A DNA stretch of 32,000 nt from Mycoplasma mycoides subsp. capri (lineage in GTDB: Bacteria; Bacillota_I; Bacilli_A; Mycoplasmatales; Mycoplasmataceae): positions 360,001-392,000 of the forward strand of contig NZ_CP065581.1 in assembly GCF_018389705.1 (NCBI RefSeq), written 5' to 3'. The translations under genes and the position numbers were made by a program. Below are positions 1 to 10,095 of this stretch, piece by piece. Below the pieces are notes generated by a model. It saw only the letters and a program-made list of their open reading frames with translations, made no database searches and had not been told where the DNA came from. How positions within the stretch are numbered: the first letter of the stretch is position 1; the number at the start of each line of letters is the position of its first letter.

Positions 1-1
1 A

Positions 2-1387
2 GAAAATAAAATCAAAAAAGATGATTTTACTAATTCTTTTATATATAAAAACACTAGTGATAATTGTTATTATGAGAAGTTTGAAGATAGTATAGAAGAA
101 AAAATAGAAGTTCCGTTTGAAATACCAAATAACTGGGTATGAGTAAGACATAATATGATACTAAAACTAATAGGTGGTTCACAACCTCCTAAAAGTACTT
201 TTATAAGTTATCCTAAAGACAATTATATAAGATTGTTTCAAATTAGAGATTATGGTGACTCTCCAATTCCTGTCTATATTCCAATTAATAAAGCATCTAA
301 AATCACTAATAAGGGGGATATATTAATAGCTAGATATGGTGGTTCTCTTGGTAAGGTTTTTATAGCAGAATATGGGGCATACAATGTGGCTATGTCCAAA
401 GTAACAAAATTATATATTAATGATCATATTGATTTTAACTTCTTATATTTTTTCTATAAATCAAAAATATTTCAAGAAATAATAAGAAGAAATAGTAGAA
501 GTGCACAAGATGGATTTAATAGTGAAGAAATCAACGATTTGTTATTACCACTACCACCACTTGAAGAACAACTAAGAATAATTACTCTTCTGGATAAGTT
601 AAATTTATTACTGAATAAATATAGTTTAATAGAAAATGAATTGTCAGAATTGGAAAAAACATTTTCTATAAAATTACAAAAATCAGTTCTTAATTATGCT
701 ATGCAAGGTCAACTTGTAGAACAAAGTATAAATGATAATTCAAAAGATTTAATAGAGCAAATATATAAAGAAAAAGATGGATTATTAAAACAAAAGAAAA
801 TAAAACAAAATGAACTACAAAAATCTATCATTTATAAAAATATTAGTGATAACTCATATTATGAGAACCACAATTTTGTAGAAGTACAATTAGGTTTAAT
901 TTCAAATATTTACACTGGAAACAGCATTTCAAAAACACAAAAAGACAGATTTTTTAGAAATGTTAAAGGAATGAGTTATATAGCAACAAAAGACATAGAT
1001 TTTAATAGGGAAATAGATTATGCCAATGGTGTTTATATTCCAAATGAAAATCTTGATAAATTTAAAATTGCTCCTAAAAATTCCGTTCTTCTATGTATTG
1101 AAGGTGGAAGTGCAGGAAGAAAAATAGGCTTAATAGACAGAGATGTTACTTTTGGTAATAAACTATGTTGTATTAATTCAAACTTTGTATCTAATAAATT
1201 TATTTTTTATTACTTACAAAGCGATTTATTTTTAAATCCATTCTATAAGCAAATGACAGGAATCATACAAGGTATTAATCTATCATTGCTCAAGGAAATA
1301 AAAATCCCAGTATTTTCTTCTTGTTATCAACAAGCCATTATGAATAAACTAGATAGAATCTATTCATTGATTAATATGCTAAATTAG
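2..1387 (+). CDS. hsdS: Type I restriction-modification specificity subunit HsdS, 5'-partial (runs off the window start). Visible layout: conserved helix, TRD-a, central conserved region, TRD-b, C-terminal tail.
   Basis: The frame is open from base 2, with an in-frame TGA (Trp) at 140-142 that gives the typical TRD entry ...EIPNNWVWVRHN.... There are two target-recognition-domain-like blocks, each ending in an LPLPPLEEQ-type helix start, and a coiled central region (...SVLNYAMQGQLVEQ...). The stop is TAG at 1385-1387. The track ORF 155-1387 is only the part after an internal Met. Confidence 0.85.
68..571. repeat. Arm A of a ~504-bp perfect inverted repeat. It covers the conserved helix plus the whole of TRD-a. 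The partner arm is 2457-2960.
   Basis: I compared the reverse complement of 2457-2960 with 68-571 by eye and found no mismatch. The two encoded peptides in the ORF track (MILKLIGG...LPLPPLEEQ) are identical. Identity breaks at 572 (c vs g) and at 67. Confidence 0.85.
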
Positions 1388-1401
1388 ATAAAAAAACAAC
1401 A

Positions 1402-1420
1402 GTGAATATTGAATATTCAC
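1402..1420. repeat. 19-nt palindrome GTGAATATT-G-AATATTCAC, located 15 nt after the hsdS stop.
   Basis: It is visible directly as a 9-bp inverted repeat around a single central base. Its function is unknown; it could be a hairpin or a protein binding site. Confidence 0.5.
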
Positions 1421-1481
1421 AATACTATTGAGTATAATAAATTAATGCAGTTTTATATATTTATTAATAAATATGGTATTT

Positions 1482-1511
1482 AAAAAGGAGTTTTTTTAAA
1501 ACTCCTTTTTT
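1482..1511. terminator. Bidirectional rho-independent terminator between the convergent hsdS and recombinase genes.
   Basis: A 13-bp perfect stem, aaaaaggagtttt (1482-1494) pairing with aaaactccttttt (1498-1510), with a 3-nt loop. The A-run and T-run on either side allow it to work in both directions. Confidence 0.75.
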
Positions 1512-1512
1512 A

Positions 1513-2307
1513 TCAATCTATAACATCATCGACTATTTGTTTTTGTTCTGATGAACTTCTTCCTAGATAGATTCTTGTTGTTTCAATACTTTCATGACCC
1601 ATTAAATCAGCTAATAGTGAAATATCATTAAATCTTTCTAAAAAATTTTTTGCAAATAAATGTCTAAACGAGTGTGGATAGACAACATTTTGATCAATTC
1701 CTAGTTTACGTGCTATTTTTTTAAGTTGCTGAGAAATAGCTCTTGTTGAAATTGGCTGAGATAATTTATTTGTAAAAATATACCCACTTTTTTTGCCTTC
1801 TTGTTTTAACCACACATTTATTGCATCTGTTAGTTTTTTAGGCAAATATAATCTTCTTAGTTTGCCACCTTTTGAATATATATCAAAATATTCAAGTTTA
1901 ATATGTTCAACTTTTACTTTTATAAGTTCACTTACTCTTGCACCTGTAGCAGCTAAAAATCATACTACAAAATATCATTTATAATTTTTCATTCTTTTTA
2001 AACTTTTCTTTAGAAAAACATAATCAGCATTACTTATAACATTTTCTAAATAAGTTTTATTTTGAATCTTTATACTATGTATTTTTAGTTCTTTTTTATT
2101 TATAAAATCTAAATATTTATTTATACTATGTATTCTTAAATTAACAGTTTTAGGTTTAAATGTTTCAAGTAAATACCCTTTATATGCTAAAAGATTATGT
2201 GAGTTAATTTTGTAATTATTAATAAAATATTCAACACCATAAACATATGTATTAATTGTATTAGTTGAAAGATTTTGCTTTTTCAAATATAATATAAACT
2301 TTTCCAT
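1513..2307 (-). CDS. Tyrosine site-specific recombinase (XerC/D / phage-integrase family), 264 aa. It is the putative hsdS invertase.
   Basis: Track ORFs 1975-2307 and 1513-1845 are in the same frame and are bridged by TGA codons at 1975-1977 and 1960-1962. The bridge encodes ...WYFVVWFLAATGARVSEL (the catalytic Arg box). The C-terminal part carries HSFRHLFA, GHESIETT and RIY (the H-x-x-R, His and Tyr nucleophile boxes). An AAGGAG RBS lies upstream of the ATG at 2305-2307. Confidence 0.88.
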
Positions 2308-2396
2308 TTTTATATAACTCCTTATTAAATGCTATAGAGTGTATATAATAATGCTTTTTTATAAAATTTATACTATAAAGATAGTCAAAATCGCCA

Positions 2397-3767
2397 TTAA
2401 TTAGTCATTGAATCAATTAAAACATTAATTTTATTAATTTTGTTAACAATTTGTTCTTGTTCTTCAAGTGGTGGTAGTGGTAATAACAAATCGTTGATTT
2501 CTTCACTATTAAATCCATCTTGTGCACTTCTACTATTTCTTCTTATTATTTCTTGAAATATTTTTGATTTATAGAAAAAATATAAGAAGTTAAAATCAAT
2601 ATGATCATTAATATATAATTTTGTTACTTTGGACATAGCCACATTGTATGCCCCATATTCTGCTATAAAAACCTTACCAAGAGAACCACCATATCTAGCT
2701 ATTAATATATCCCCCTTATTAGTGATTTTAGATGCTTTATTAATTGGAATATAGACAGGAATTGGAGAGTCACCATAATCTCTAATTTGAAACAATCTTA
2801 TATAATTGTCTTTAGGATAACTTATAAAAGTACTTTTAGGAGGTTGTGAACCACCTATTAGTTTTAGTATCATATTATGTCTTACTCATACCCAGTTATT
2901 TGGTATTTCAAACGGAACTTCTATTTTTTCTTCTATACTATCTTCAAACTTCTCATAATATGAGTTATCACTAGCATTTTTATAGATAATTGAGTTTACT
3001 AATTCAAACTCCTTACTTCTATTTTGTTTAATTATTTCTTGTTTCTCTCTATAAATTTGTTTTAATAAATCATTTATAGAAGAGTCGTTTTCGTCTTGTT
3101 TTACAAGTTTGCCATTCATAGCATAGTTAAGAATAGATTTTTTAAGGTTAGAAGGGAATTCCTCTTCTAATTTTTTTAAATAATTTTTTAAGAATGAGTA
3201 TTCATCTATAAAAACATTTAAACTATTAATTATTTTTACAATTCTTTTTTGCTCTTCTAAAGGAGGCAGAGGAATTAATAGACTACCTATACTCTTAGAA
3301 TTTAACGTTTTTCCTTTGATGGCATTTTTTGTATTTCCAAGATTTGAAATTACTGGTAAAAATATATTTAGAAAATCTCTAATTATAAATTCATTATCAA
3401 AATAAGGTTTTATAGAAACAATTCCCTCGTTATGTGTACAATTTATTTTAGCAATTGATGTTCTTCCTATAGTTAATTTAAAACTCATAAGCAATGTTTC
3501 TTTTTCTACAAGATAATTTTTAAAAATAACCTCTAATGCTTTGTGAGTTATAAACTGTGAAGATTGAAAAAGTTCTTTATTGTTTTTCATGTCAGCTATT
3601 GTTATTCATGGAATTTCACCATTTCAAAATATTTTATTTCCTCTTGGCGGTGTCTTTCCTAAATTAAAATTTAATATACTCTTAAGTCATACCCATACTC
3701 AATTATCAGGTATTTCAAACGGAACTTCTATTTTTTCTTCTATACTATCTTCAAACTTCTCATAATA
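2397..3767 (-). CDS. hsdS: Silent, start-less hsdS cassette. Layout: conserved-helix stub, TRD-c, central conserved region, TRD-a, short tail.
   Basis: Track ORFs 2886-3590 and 2397-2873 join through the TGA at 2886-2888. Upstream of Met-3590 the frame stays open through TGAs and reads YYEKFEDSIEEKIEVPFEIPDNWVWVWLKSILNFNLGKTPPRGNKIFWNGEIPWITIADM.... An in-frame TAG at 3801-3803 closes the frame, and there is no ATG, GTG or TTG between it and the homology start. The longest Met-initiated version is 2397-3590. Confidence 0.75.
2457..2960. repeat. Arm B of the ~504-bp perfect inverted repeat (partner 68-571).
   Basis: See arm A. This is the reverse-complement copy. Confidence 0.85.
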
Positions 3768-3775
3768 ACAATTAT
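3709..3775. repeat. Third copy of the short recombination-type repeat that encodes (C)YYEKFEDSIEEKIEVPFEIP. It is inverted relative to 60-126 and direct relative to 2902-2960.
   Basis: The reverse complement of 3709-3775 equals 60-126 (ataattgttattatgagaag...gaaatacc, 67 bp). The 59-bp core is also present at 2902-2960. Confidence 0.8.
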
Positions 3776-3968
3776 ATAAACTAAAATATAAACTTAAATT
3801 CTAAAATTAATCTATAAATAATAATAAAACAAATACTAAAATTTTATATAGTTAAACAAATTTTCCATATATAAAAATTAGATAAAATAAAAATAGAAAA
3901 CTTATATAAAAACTTTTTAAATAATAAATATAAAGTCAATTTTAATTAGTAATTTTAAGGAAAATTTT

Positions 3969-6176
3969 ATGAAATCTCTTATAGGTTATATAAATAAATT
4001 TACTCGTATAGATAAAAACTGAGCTGTTGCAGAATTTTTTGTTTTAGAGAAAAATACAGCTATTAAAATTAGTGGAAATATTAACAGTATGTTAATTGAA
4101 AATTTATATAAAATTCAAATAAAAGAAGAACCAAAAGTAATAAATGATACTAAGATTTATGAATGCAAATCTTTTCAACTACCAATTATTAATAATGAAA
4201 CTTTTTTTAAATATTTAAAAACTAATACATTTAGTAAACTTGTAGATGATGATTTTATTAATATAGTAAAATCACACTATAAATCAGATGATATTTTAAA
4301 AGAAATACTTTCTGATAAAGATAAATTTCTAGATATTAACCAAGTAGGAAAGCATATTTTAAATAGCATTTTTAACAAGCTTAATAATACTAATAATTTC
4401 ATTAGTCTACAATCAGAATTTCTTGGTAATGGTCTTGATTTAGCTGTATTTAGTAAACTAATACAACTATATGGAAACTCATTTGATCAATTAATAAAAG
4501 CACTTCAAAATTTTTTATATGAGATTAATTTTAAATATCAAATAACTAGTCTAGAATCTATAGATAAAATCTTTTTACACTTTAATAATGATGCGAATAA
4601 TGTTGTGCGAATTGCTTATTATTTACATTATTATTGTGATCAAATTCTAAATGAAAAATCTAGTACTTATACAAATTTAGAAAATCTAAAAAAACGTTTT
4701 GATGATGAAGAAAAATTTTTTATTCCATTAGAATCAAATGAACAAGTTATTAATGAAGCAATAAATTATGCTTTAACTCATAAACTACTTGTTATTGCTA
4801 AAGATAAAGTTTATACAACTCAAACATATAATGATGAATATACTATAGCTTTGGCTTTAACTAAAAAAGAAAAAGTTGAAAAAATTAATTATTTCAAATT
4901 TAAAAGATATATAAACCAAATTCAAGACGAAGTTAGAAAAGAAACAAAAATAGAAAACTTTAAATATGATAAAAGCCAAATTAATGCATTAAGAAAATTT
5001 ATTAATAATAAGTTTGTAGTGATTACAGGAGGACCTGGAACAGGTAAAACTACTTTAATAAAAGGTTTAGTAAAATTATTTAAAAAAGTTTATCCAAACG
5101 AAAGTTTTAGAATAGCAACACCAACAGGAAGAGCAGCAGCAAGAATCAAAGAAGGTTTTGAAGAGTCTAATGCTTTAACTATTCATAAATTATTAGGATA
5201 TGATGTGTTAACTGATAAGTTTAAAGTAGATAAGAATAATCCTTTAAATGATGGTTTATTAATTATTGATGAAACTTCAATGGTTGATAATAATTTATTT
5301 AGTCATTTTATTTCAGCTATTGGAAAGGCAAAAAAAGTAGTTTTTGTTGGTGATATAGAACAATTGCCAAGTATTGGAATTGGTAATGTATTTGAAGATA
5401 TTATTAAATCTGAAAAAATAACAACCGTTGAATTAAAAAGCACACACCGTCAAAAAGAACAAAGTAAAATTGTTGAACTAGCTTATATGATTAGAAATAA
5501 CAATTTTAGTCTTGCAAAACTTCAAGAAACTACAGAAAACAGTGATTTAAAAACTATTTTTATTGATGAACAAGACAAATGCTTAGATGAAATTTTAAAT
5601 AATTATCATTTTGAGAATAAGAATGGTTTTGATATCCCATATAAGATTCAAATTATTTCTCCCTTTAATGAAGGAAAATTAGGAATAAAAGAAATAAATA
5701 AAATGGTTCAAGATAAACTTAACCCAAATAAAAAGCAAGGTTTGCAAGCAAATGGTTATAACTTCTATAATAAAGATAAAATAATGTATCTAAAAAACGA
5801 AACCACTTTATCTAATGGTGATATTGGAGTTGTTGATAGTATAAATAAATATGATAATAAAATGAATACGAATTTTAACGAAAAACCAATTCAAATAAAT
5901 AGCGTAGATATTAATAATTTAACTTTATGTTATGCTTGTACAGTTCATAAGACTCAAGGTAGTGAATTTCAAAAAGTAATATTAGTATTAGATCCAAAAA
6001 ATAATGGTTCTTTTGTTAATAAAAAGTTAGTTTATACAGCCATAACTAGAGCTAAAAAAGAACTTGTTATTATCGCAAGTAAACAGTCCTTTAATAGAAG
6101 TGTTAACCAAAAGTCAACCCAAAGAGACACAACTTTAACTGAACGTATAAGACAAATGTATGACAAAAAAAGATAA
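3969..6176 (+). CDS. recD2: RecD2-type (YrrC-like) SF1B ATP-dependent DNA helicase, 735 aa.
   Basis: Motifs present: Walker A ITGGPGTGKTT, Walker B LIIDETSMVD, VGDIEQLPSIGIGN, TVHKTQGSEF and YTAITRAKKELVII. The track start at 4089 is an internal Met. The same frame opens at the ATG at 3969, preceded by an AAGGA RBS, and contains a TGA at codon 18 (MKSLIGYINKFTRIDKNWAVAEFF...). Confidence 0.85.
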
Positions 6177-6277
6177 TTTCTTTTTAGAATAATAAAGTAT
6201 TTATTGCAGAATAAAATATTTATAAAAAGAAACGTTTTATAAATTCTACTACTTTTTAAAACACAACATAATAAAAG

Positions 6278-6304
6278 AAAAAGAGGCTTTTTAAGCCTCT
6301 TTTT
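6278..6304. terminator. Bidirectional rho-independent terminator between the convergent recD2 and kinase genes.
   Basis: A 12-bp perfect stem, aaaaagaggctt (6278-6289) pairing with aagcctcttttt (6293-6304), with loop ttt. Confidence 0.75.
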
Positions 6305-6309
6305 AATTA

Positions 6310-7251
6310 TTATTCTATTTCTTTAACTTCTATTTTATCTAAGTAAGTAGATAGTTCATCAATAAATTCTTTTGAAGCTATTTTATAACTAAAAGCAGTT
6401 GCACTTCCACAAATTAAAGAAAATTTCAAAGCTTTTATATAGTTATTTGTTTGTAGATATTTGGTTATAAAACCAGCAATCATACTATCACCAGCCCCAG
6501 CAACATTATCTACTTTATAATTTCACTTTGGTAAACTAGCTTTATAAATTTTTGTACTAGTAACTAAAATAGCTCCGTCACTTCCAAGTGAAACTAGAAC
6601 ATTTTTACAACCTTTTTGTAATAAAATTTTTGATTGATTAATAATATCAGAATTGTTTTTAAGTTCCTTATTAAATGTAGCTTCTAATTCATCTTTATTT
6701 GGCTTTATTAAAAATGGTTGTTGTTCAACTGCTTTTAATAATGGTTCTTTAAACGTATCAACAACACTATAAGCTCTTTTTAAATTAGCTAATTCTACTA
6801 GTTCTGCATAAATATTTGTATCAGTATTAATTGGCAAACTTCCTGTTAATATTAAAACATCATCTTTTTGTAATACATTATTTAAATATTTCTTTAATTT
6901 ATTAAGTTCACTAATATTAATTTCTGGAGCATAACTACTTGATTCAGTTTGTTCATTATCTATTATTTTAAGATTAATTCTAATATCACCATTTGACTTA
7001 AATTTTTTATATTTAATTTGTTCTTTTTTTAAATCGTTATAAAAAAATGTTTCAAAACTACCGTTTGTAAATACTAATAATTCATTATCTATATTTAATC
7101 TATTTAATAGCATAGATATATGTATTGCTTTACCAGCAGCATACATATACTGATTTTTAGGTCTATTAGTTTTGTTTTTTAAAAAATTCTTAAATTTTAA
7201 AATGTAGTCAATTGAAGGGCTTAATGAAACGATATAAATTTTATTATGCAT
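6310..7251 (-). CDS. fruK: PfkB-family sugar-phosphate kinase, of the 1-phosphofructokinase / tagatose-6-P kinase type, 313 aa.
   Basis: The N-terminus IYIVSLSPSIDY resembles the FruK/LacC TLNPxxD box. After the TGA at 6523-6525 the frame continues as ...WNYKVDNVAGAGDSMIAGF (PfkB signature 2) to a TAA at 6310-6312. The exact substrate cannot be determined from sequence alone. Confidence 0.75.
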
Positions 7252-7263
7252 TTTTATTTCTTT

Positions 7264-9150
7264 CTAATTAATCAATTTATAATCAAGAGCTATTTTATTA
7301 ATTGCATTATAATATTTGGTTTTAAAATCTCTTAAATTTTTATTAGTTAGTATCTCTAATTGGTTAATATAATTGTTGATTTTTGTATAGTTAGTTTGTG
7401 AATTTTTAATAATAATATCTTGTTGAGTCTCAATTTGAGTTTGTAATTTAAGTTTATTTTCTTGAAGTTTTTTATTTAAAATATCACTTTTAATTTTATA
7501 AGTTTTAGCTTCTTGCTGTTTTAATTTTTCAATCAGCTTTTCATATTTAACAGTTTGTTTTGAAAGTTTTTTAATATCTTTACACATTAAATCTATATTT
7601 TTATATGCTTTAATAATTTCAGTTTGATTACTATTAGTTTGTTGTTTTTTAATTTTTAATTTTACTAAAAGATTTTGTAATCTAGAAACATAATGTCCAG
7701 TTTGAATTTTTAATTCCTTTGTAATGTTTTTAAATAATATTTCTTCAACTTGTTCTTCATTTCAAAATACATAAGTAATTAGAATACCTAAAACAAATGA
7801 GGCTAAATCAATTATAATTGCTAAAACAAGTTTATCAGTATAAGCTAAAAATCCTACAATTCCACCTAAACCAGCTAGATTATTTAACCCAACATTAAAT
7901 ATAGAAATTAGTCAACCACCAATTCCTCCAGCAATAGTTCCTAAAATAAATGGTTTGAATCTTGGTAAGTTAATTGCATAAATACAAGATTCAGTTGGTC
8001 CTGAAATTATTCCAGGTAAAGCTGCAGCAATAGCTGCTGATTTATCTACACTTTTTTTAGATTTAATACCAACAGCAATAGTTGCACCCATTTGAGCTCA
8101 AGCTGCAGCAAAAGCAGCCGCTAAAAATATTGATGGGTTATTAGTAGTTGTTAGATCAGCAACAGCTGTAAAAAATAGAACGTTATGAACTCCTAAAACA
8201 ACTAGTGGTTGCCAAGTTAATCCAATAATTAAACCACTAATTCCATAAGGTAAAGTTACAAATCAATTAAATGCTTTTAAGACATATGATTCGATTATTG
8301 ACATTATTGGACCAATAACAAAAAATGCTAGTAATCCACCTATTAGTAATGATAAAAGTGGGTTTAAAATAAAATTAGCAACTGAATGAAAATATTTATT
8401 CATTAATTTTTGAAAATAAGAAATAACTACTCCAGTAAAAATAAATACTAAAATTGTTGAATAAAATGGTTTTATAACAATTTCTCAAGAACCAATATTT
8501 AACAAATGTAATCCTTGTTCTGGAATAATTGGTGAAATCATAATTAAACCTAAAGCAATAGCAATTGCAGTATTTCCTTTTAAATATCTAGTTGTTGATC
8601 AAATTACCATTACTCCTATTAATTTAAATCCTGAGTTAGCTATTGTATTTATAACTAAATCAAAAACATTATAGTCATTTTGAAACACTGATTCTGATTT
8701 AATTGAATGTACTAAACCAATTCTAATTAGAATTTGTTGTAAAGCCATAATTAATCCAAATCCAATTAAAAATGGAATTAGTGGACCAAATATTGCTGAA
8801 ATTGATTTAACAAATCTTTTAGCAAGTCCTACTTTTTTATTATTTTCATTTAATGAATTTTTAATTTCAAATCCATTAATTTTATCTACATCAACTTGTA
8901 GTTGTTCTTTTAAAAGATTAGTTATTTGACTAACTTCTGAACCTATAATAATTTGTAATTCTCCACTAGAAATTAAACAACCTTGTGTTTTTTTTAAAGT
9001 TTTTAAATTATCTAATTTAATTAAACTTTGATCATAAAGTGTTAGTCTTAATCTTGTTGCACAATTATAAACATCTTTAATATTTTGTTTCCCACCAACA
9101 TTAATAACAATTTCTTCAATTAATGCTAGTTGTTTTTGTTGTTTTGTCAT
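7264..9150 (-). CDS. PTS EIIBC permease of the glucose/sucrose superfamily, with a ~150-aa coiled-coil C-terminal tail. Total 628 aa.
   Basis: The N-terminal EIIB domain carries the phospho-Cys box NCATRLRL. The EIIC core contains WQPLVVLGVHN and GPTESCIYAINLPRFKPF. Track ORFs 8599-9150 and 7264-7587 share one frame. I translated 7588-7800 and 8461-8598 by hand and read the remaining middle of the gap (7801-8460) only quickly; I found only TGA codons and no TAA or TAG. There is an AAGGA RBS. Confidence 0.8.
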
Positions 9151-9158
9151 ATAGATCC

Positions 9159-9896
9159 TTATTCAAGGTTTATAATTAGTCCTTTATATTCATCTGTATG
9201 TTTATCACTTATTAAAATAGTTTCTTTTAAAACATCTACTTTAATAACATTTTTAGAACCAAATTTAGAAGAATCCATTAATATAAAAGATTTATCAGAA
9301 TTTTTAATAGCTTTTTCTTTTATTAATGCTTCTTTAATATTTGTTGTGTAAAAATGTTGTGATGACAAATTATTCATTCCTATAAAAACCTTATCAAAAT
9401 AAAAATTATCTAAATTTTTCAGAGCAAGTTCACCAATTGTTGCATGTGTAGAAGGATTAATTGATCCACCTAATAAAATTACTTCTATGTCTTGTTCAAC
9501 CAACTCTAAAGCTATTGAATATCCATTAGTAACAACAATTATTTTTTTATTAATTAAGTACTTGATCATTTGTTTTGTTGTTGTTCCAGTATCTAAAAAG
9601 ATTAGATCACCATCACTAACAAACTCACTAGCTTTTTTTGCAATAAGATTTTTTACATCTATATTTATATGTTGTTTTTCTTCATCAAATAATTCGTAGC
9701 GTTTTGTTGGTGGATTGGCAGATTTTGCTCCACCATAAACTTTATAAAGTTTATGTTCTTTATCTAGTTCAGAAATATCACTTATAATAGTTTGGATAGT
9801 TGATGATAATAATTTAGCTAGTTGTTTATTAGTAACAAAGTCTTTTTCATTAACTATTTCAAGAATTTTTTGTCTTCTTTGATCTTTTAACATCAC
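9159..9896 (-). CDS. DeoR-family transcriptional repressor, 245 aa.
   Basis: It has an N-terminal HTH (QRRQKILEIVNEKDFVTNKQLAKLLSSTIQTIISDISEL) and a C-terminal DeoR sugar-phosphate sensor domain. An AAGGAG RBS is present. It is the first gene of the - strand operon. Confidence 0.8.
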   Translation of the reverse strand: MMLKDQRRQKILEIVNEKDFVTNKQLAKLLSSTIQTIISDISELDKEHKLYKVYGGAKSANPPTKRYELFDEEKQHINIDVKNLIAKKASEFVSDGDLIFLDTGTTTKQMIKYLINKKIIVVTNGYSIALELVEQDIEVILLGGSINPSTHATIGELALKNLDNFYFDKVFIGMNNLSSQHFYTTNIKEALIKEKAIKNSDKSFILMDSSKFGSKNVIKVDVLKETILISDKHTDEYKGLIINLE

Positions 9897-10095
9897 TCTT
9901 GCTCCTTAACTTTATTTTATAGTTAATTTTAAAAAAGTTTAAAAAAGTTTAAAATAATTTAAAGCTTATGTAAAATTTAAGTAGATATAAGTTGAAACTT
10001 TTTATTATATCTTTAATTTAATTAAACAAAATTATTAGTTTATTAAGATAAATTTCATATTTTATTGTTAAATAAACTATTTTAAAGGATGATTT

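Noticed and set aside
2-1387. The + strand hsdS as an aberrant three-TRD gene, because a CCR-like helix precedes TRD-a at the window start.
   Set aside because: The leading ...FIYKNTSDNCYYEKFEDS... segment can equally be the N-terminal conserved helix that HsdS proteins carry before TRD1, which is related to the second half of the central region. This cannot be resolved without the upstream sequence, so I make no claim.
1793-1984. A 63-aa + strand ORF overlapping the recombinase gene. Similar antisense ORFs occur at 3580-3765, 9130-9351, 9487-9699, 10077-10310, 10623-10838, 17158-17397, 21678-21929, 24838-25137 and 27302-27532.
   Set aside because: Each lies entirely antisense to a well-supported gene and has a low-complexity, hydrophobic, AT-codon-driven composition with no RBS. 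These are shadow ORFs, as expected in AT-rich DNA.
1513-2307. The tyrosine recombinase as a marker of an integrated phage or ICE.
   Set aside because: It sits between inverted hsdS copies inside the invertible segment. No phage or conjugation genes or att-like tRNA flank is visible, so it fits a dedicated hsdS invertase.
7264-7587. A stand-alone 107-aa coiled-coil protein between the PTS and kinase genes.
   Set aside because: It is in the same frame as the EIIC domain upstream, and the intervening codons contain only TGA (Trp). I treat it as the C-terminal tail of the permease.
9931-9950. The tandem AAAAAAGTTT x2 in the deoR/aldolase spacer as a meaningful repeat or operator.
   Set aside because: There are only two short low-complexity copies in AT-rich spacer, which is easily a chance occurrence. 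I mention it only as a possible DeoR site under the sugar-locus finding.
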